Notes under the pieces: generated by a model
Seen by the model: only the letters and a program-made list of their open reading frames with translations
Told to the model about the DNA's origin: nothing
Database searches by the model: none
Position numbers and translations under genes: made by a program
Source: Babesia bigemina
Lineage: Eukaryota
Reading direction: 5' to 3'
Assembly (NCBI RefSeq): GCF_000981445.1
Contig: NC_027219.1
Span: 62,001 to 126,000, forward strand
Length of the DNA stretch: 64,000 bases
Shown: positions 60,470-64,000 of the stretch, one piece after another
Numbering within the stretch: the first letter of the stretch is position 1
How the letters are laid out: every line of letters starts with the position of its first letter

Positions 60470-62383
60470 TTAGGCTTCTTGGCATGCTGTTGCCGTCGGA
60501 GCGTCTATTAGGCTGTCACGGCTATTTGCCACATCCATTATTGGGAGAGGTGTTCTGTATAGTTCGTCTACTTGCGTAGTGTTCGTCTGAATGGCTCTCG
60601 ATTTAAATCCAGGATAGCCGGCTGCTGCTGCCTGTAGTTCTGTTTTGCGCTTCGATTGTCTATCTATCACCAGCCCTGGCGCGTCCCACAATTGGAGCCT
60701 GGATGCAAACTGATGGCTCACACTAAATGTATCTGTACAACCGAACGAACGCACAATTTCGCAGACAAGACTGGGCACTTGCCAGCGTTCGAATTTCAGC
60801 CGCATGGCGTGGTTGCAGTAATACCCTAGCAGGGATCTGTACATAAGTTCGCAAGAAGCGCTGTAACATGGATTATCAACCCACGATCGTGGCACATCAA
60901 ACTTAGTGCTCTGGTCAGGACTACACTTCGTTGGCTGTATGTCGCAATTCAGCTGTGATGCTTCGTAGAGAACATGAGCATCGAGATCGTGGAGTAATAA
61001 CAAATTACTACATTCATACTCCTTCGTTTTCACCATTCCAACGCGATCAGCCAATACTTCAACGGATTCCGGTGCGCCGACATGTGCAACGAAATCGACG
61101 TCACCAAGATTTAAGCCCAATGACGCTATGTCTGTGCAAAACAGCACCCCATCGTCTACAGACGAGAATACATCTATTGTATATCGTCTTTTCTCTTGCG
61201 ATAATCCTCCATGTAGTGCGTACATTGGTCTCTTGACTTTCAGACAGTGTTTAAAGTAGATGTAGCAGAACTGCGCCATTCTCACGGTGGGGTAGAAGAA
61301 AACGGCTTTAGCTCCTTTGGTTAAGGTCGCATGTATCATTTGACATAGTTTTGATGGATCGTAGAGAACAAACTCGCATCGGTAACGGTGGTCGATAAAT
61401 AGCTCCTTTGTCCTGCAATGGTCCACAATGCGTTTCTTGTGCTCTTGCGCCTTTTGCTCTATTGCAGGCATTGGCAATATGGGCGTATTTACGTTAGCGT
61501 TGGACTTCATCACAACATCGAAGAAGGCGCTACGCTGTGGACCCCATATATGCCGTGTCACTGGTGATCCGTCATGTTCCGGGCAGAACGAGATAACCTT
61601 CATATCCACCCTTAATGCTCTGCTAACTCGTTCTCTGAGAATATTGTCATTACGCGGCGCCAAGACAATGGTCTGAATATGCGGTTTCAGCAGCGCCTTT
61701 AACCTCAGAACGGTTGACAATGATTGTGCCTTCAGGAGTCGTTGTGCTTCATCAAGAACCAGTGTTTTGACATCTTCAAAGAGAGCCGGAGTCGCCAGCA
61801 TAGCCTTGAGTGCGCATTGCGGCGTTGTGTATATAACGTCGGATCTCGGTATTAGACTCTTGTGTTGACCGCTTAAGACATCCTTATAGTACAGGGCAAG
61901 CACGCTGCATGTTTGCCGTAGAACTCCAGCTGCGTTTCTGCTGCCTAACAATACAAGGTCTACCGTGGGCAGCAAAACCAGTGTTTTATGCGCCGCTTTA
62001 TCTACATCTCCGCTTTTTATGTAAGAACGACGGATCGCCTCCGGCAGGAGATAGAGCAATGTCTTGCCACTCTGCTGAGGTGCTGCTATAAATAGGTCAC
62101 CGCCCGCAAGCTGAGGTCTAAGTGAGCTGAGCTGTATTCCGTTTGCGTACACTTTGCGACCATTTGCAACCAGTGTCACCCGCTTGAACCTCCTCGTAAA
62201 AGCTTGTAGGATTTTACGAATTAACAAAGGCGACGGCCGTGGATTCAATTGTACCAGTGAGGAACCCCAAATACGAACATCAGCTGGAAAGGGAGTGATG
62301 CACCTTGCTAAGCACCTGTCTACATGGTTGGACGTGTTTGATGTCAACGCCGCTATAGCTCCTGCTAAGGCCGTCCGAGCCAT
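60470..62383 (-). CDS. Divergent DEAD-box RNA helicase-like protein, probably mitochondrial
   Basis: APQQSGKT, LPTVDL, TTP, LVLDEAQ, FFYPT, LHGGLSQ and TDIASLGLN; C-terminal extension like Mss116/Has1 (YRSLLGYY). Confidence 0.85.
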   Translation of the reverse strand: MARTALAGAIAALTSNTSNHVDRCLARCITPFPADVRIWGSSLVQLNPRPSPLLIRKILQAFTRRFKRVTLVANGRKVYANGIQLSSLRPQLAGGDLFIAAPQQSGKTLLYLLPEAIRRSYIKSGDVDKAAHKTLVLLPTVDLVLLGSRNAAGVLRQTCSVLALYYKDVLSGQHKSLIPRSDVIYTTPQCALKAMLATPALFEDVKTLVLDEAQRLLKAQSLSTVLRLKALLKPHIQTIVLAPRNDNILRERVSRALRVDMKVISFCPEHDGSPVTRHIWGPQRSAFFDVVMKSNANVNTPILPMPAIEQKAQEHKKRIVDHCRTKELFIDHRYRCEFVLYDPSKLCQMIHATLTKGAKAVFFYPTVRMAQFCYIYFKHCLKVKRPMYALHGGLSQEKRRYTIDVFSSVDDGVLFCTDIASLGLNLGDVDFVAHVGAPESVEVLADRVGMVKTKEYECSNLLLLHDLDAHVLYEASQLNCDIQPTKCSPDQSTKFDVPRSWVDNPCYSASCELMYRSLLGYYCNHAMRLKFERWQVPSLVCEIVRSFGCTDTFSVSHQFASRLQLWDAPGLVIDRQSKRKTELQAAAAGYPGFKSRAIQTNTTQVDELYRTPLPIMDVANSRDSLIDAPTATACQEA

Positions 62384-62606
62384 GGTCGCCGAGACCGGTG
62401 TGTTACAAGGTTATGACACACATCATCTGCCGTTCATGACACAACAAAAGCTTATCATATTGCATCGCATATGTAAGAATGTCTAATCCAGCTAAAGCTG
62501 TTATCCGGCAGTTATTGTTCGATTTGTTCCGTAAGGCAGGTGCGTACACATAAGCGACAGACACAGCCAGTTGCACATTTGGATAACCATATTACATCCC
62601 AAATCG

Positions 62607-64000
62607 ATGTATCAAGTGGCTAAATGTAGTAGCGTAACTTGTAATGTTGCGCGTATCGCATTTGCTCGTCAGCGCAGGTCGCTGGTCCGCCTTGCGGAAG
62701 CCTCTTCTGAGGAGAGCGTCGTTCGTGATTTCAACGAAGATTCCGTGTTGAACCAACCAGTAAGCGCGTTGATAATACTATATAGAGTCGTGTAGTTCAA
62801 TCCCAAGTACTTTGAGTGGACCGATGGAGACTACATGAGTGCGCCGATTGACATTCACACGAGAATCTCTGCGGAGTCTCCCCTATTATCCCGTAACAAC
62901 GTTGGCATGGGCTTCTTGGTCTTGAACAGGTATTAAGAGGATACCTGTATGCTTGATTGGAGTTCAGCATTTATTCGGGAATATCGCAAATAAACTCTCT
63001 ATACCGTCGTCTAGCCGACCTGGAGACGAACGTATACAAGCGTTTCGTTGTATTGACCAGCATGTCCAGGGACATATTCAGCAAAGGGCTGAACTCCCTA
63101 GAGATTAATATGTTCAAGGAGGCATTACAACTACTATCGAATCACAAGAATGGAGCGGTACTATACGGGGTTATCCAACGTGCCTTGGATGACTATCTCA
63201 GCAACATATGCGACCTATCCTACTTGATACAAAGCTACCAGAAGCCACTGGTTTCATATGCAAACGGCACAGTGGGTGAGTGCACTTTTTACCCAATCCA
63301 AGTATATTTCCACCAGGCGGTTTTGCCACTTCTCTGGTATCGCTTGCGAACGTTAGTGCATGCCACAAACACTCGCGTATGATCTTCAATAACCTTGGTA
63401 TGTTAAAATGGTTGTGTCGAGAATACGCACAGAACATGGAATTCCACTGTTGGGGGGGCAATCTTGTCTATTGGCTATGATGCGGGGTTCACTGGGTGAA
63501 TACCTAGTGCTGACAGGCCACGAGTTGGTAGGCGCTGACCTTGTTTGGTCAGGCCTTGTAAGGCGATATGTATCGCCAGATGCGTTTCACGTAATGCAGT
63601 TGACGGCGGAGGTTGGTGGAGGTTTACGTTAAGACTCTAACATTGAGCAGAGACAGGTAGAAATGCCTGAGAAGGAAACGGAATTCCAATTGCAAGAACA
63701 CTTTTTGCAACTGGACTCCAGGTACTCGTTGGACAGATTTGAATGGTTAATTCACGAACACTTCAACCGATCTTCAGTTGCGTCGATAATTCGCAGTTTG
63801 GAACGCGGCGTTTCAGCGAAGAAGCTGCGGTCGAACAGTTCTATAAACGCTGAACTGGCGCGTAAATGGGAAATGAAAACTCTGGACACGTTGACAAATC
63901 ACGTAGGAAGACATTCTGAGGAGTACGATATCGCTTTAAAATTGATACGCGAAGTGAAATCGTATAAGTTACAGGTATTAAAGACGCTGGATATATCGCC
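62607..64000 (+). CDS. Crotonase-fold 3-hydroxyisobutyryl-CoA hydrolase-like protein (mS47-like), multi-exon, runs off the window end
   Basis: Mitochondrial-like leader; FSKG, YQKPLVSYANGTV/GG, GEYLVLTGHELVGADLVWSGL; short GT-AG introns. Confidence 0.82.

Overview
This is eukaryotic DNA from a piroplasm apicomplexan, most consistent with Babesia (probably the B. bigemina/B. ovata group). That assignment is inferred from the tiny 27-45 nt GT-AG introns, apicoplast-type bipartite leaders, a ves-related giant gene and a babesipain/BOV57-like locus. The window appears to run from a subtelomere-like zone into a compact core of about 25 mostly housekeeping genes. The subtelomere-like zone holds a GC-rich ~826-bp tandem repeat (1-2090) and an intronless 2147-aa variant-antigen-like gene (3240-9683). 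The core includes RRP8, a plasmepsin IX/X-type aspartyl protease, ARV1, apicoplast S6, p47/UBX, a TKL-type kinase, U2AF1, proteasome alpha7, PRP8, an HA-repeat protein, a degenerate AAA protein, Der, a BOV57/p67-syntenic antigen, SCAMP-like and BolA-like proteins, a papain protease, TypA, GPN3, a UBA-like protein, a divergent TBP-fold protein, a degenerate DEAD-box helicase and a partial HIBCH-like gene. Many ORF-track entries are exon fragments; the spliced models were reconstructed by eye. No tRNA, rRNA, CRISPR or transposase was recognised, and I cannot demonstrate a new multi-gene system. The best leads are the repeat array with a junction hairpin, the mosaic ves-like gene, a candidate poison exon in U2AF1, a possible intronic ncRNA in the proteasome gene, several pseudo-enzymes and a non-canonical TBP-like protein.
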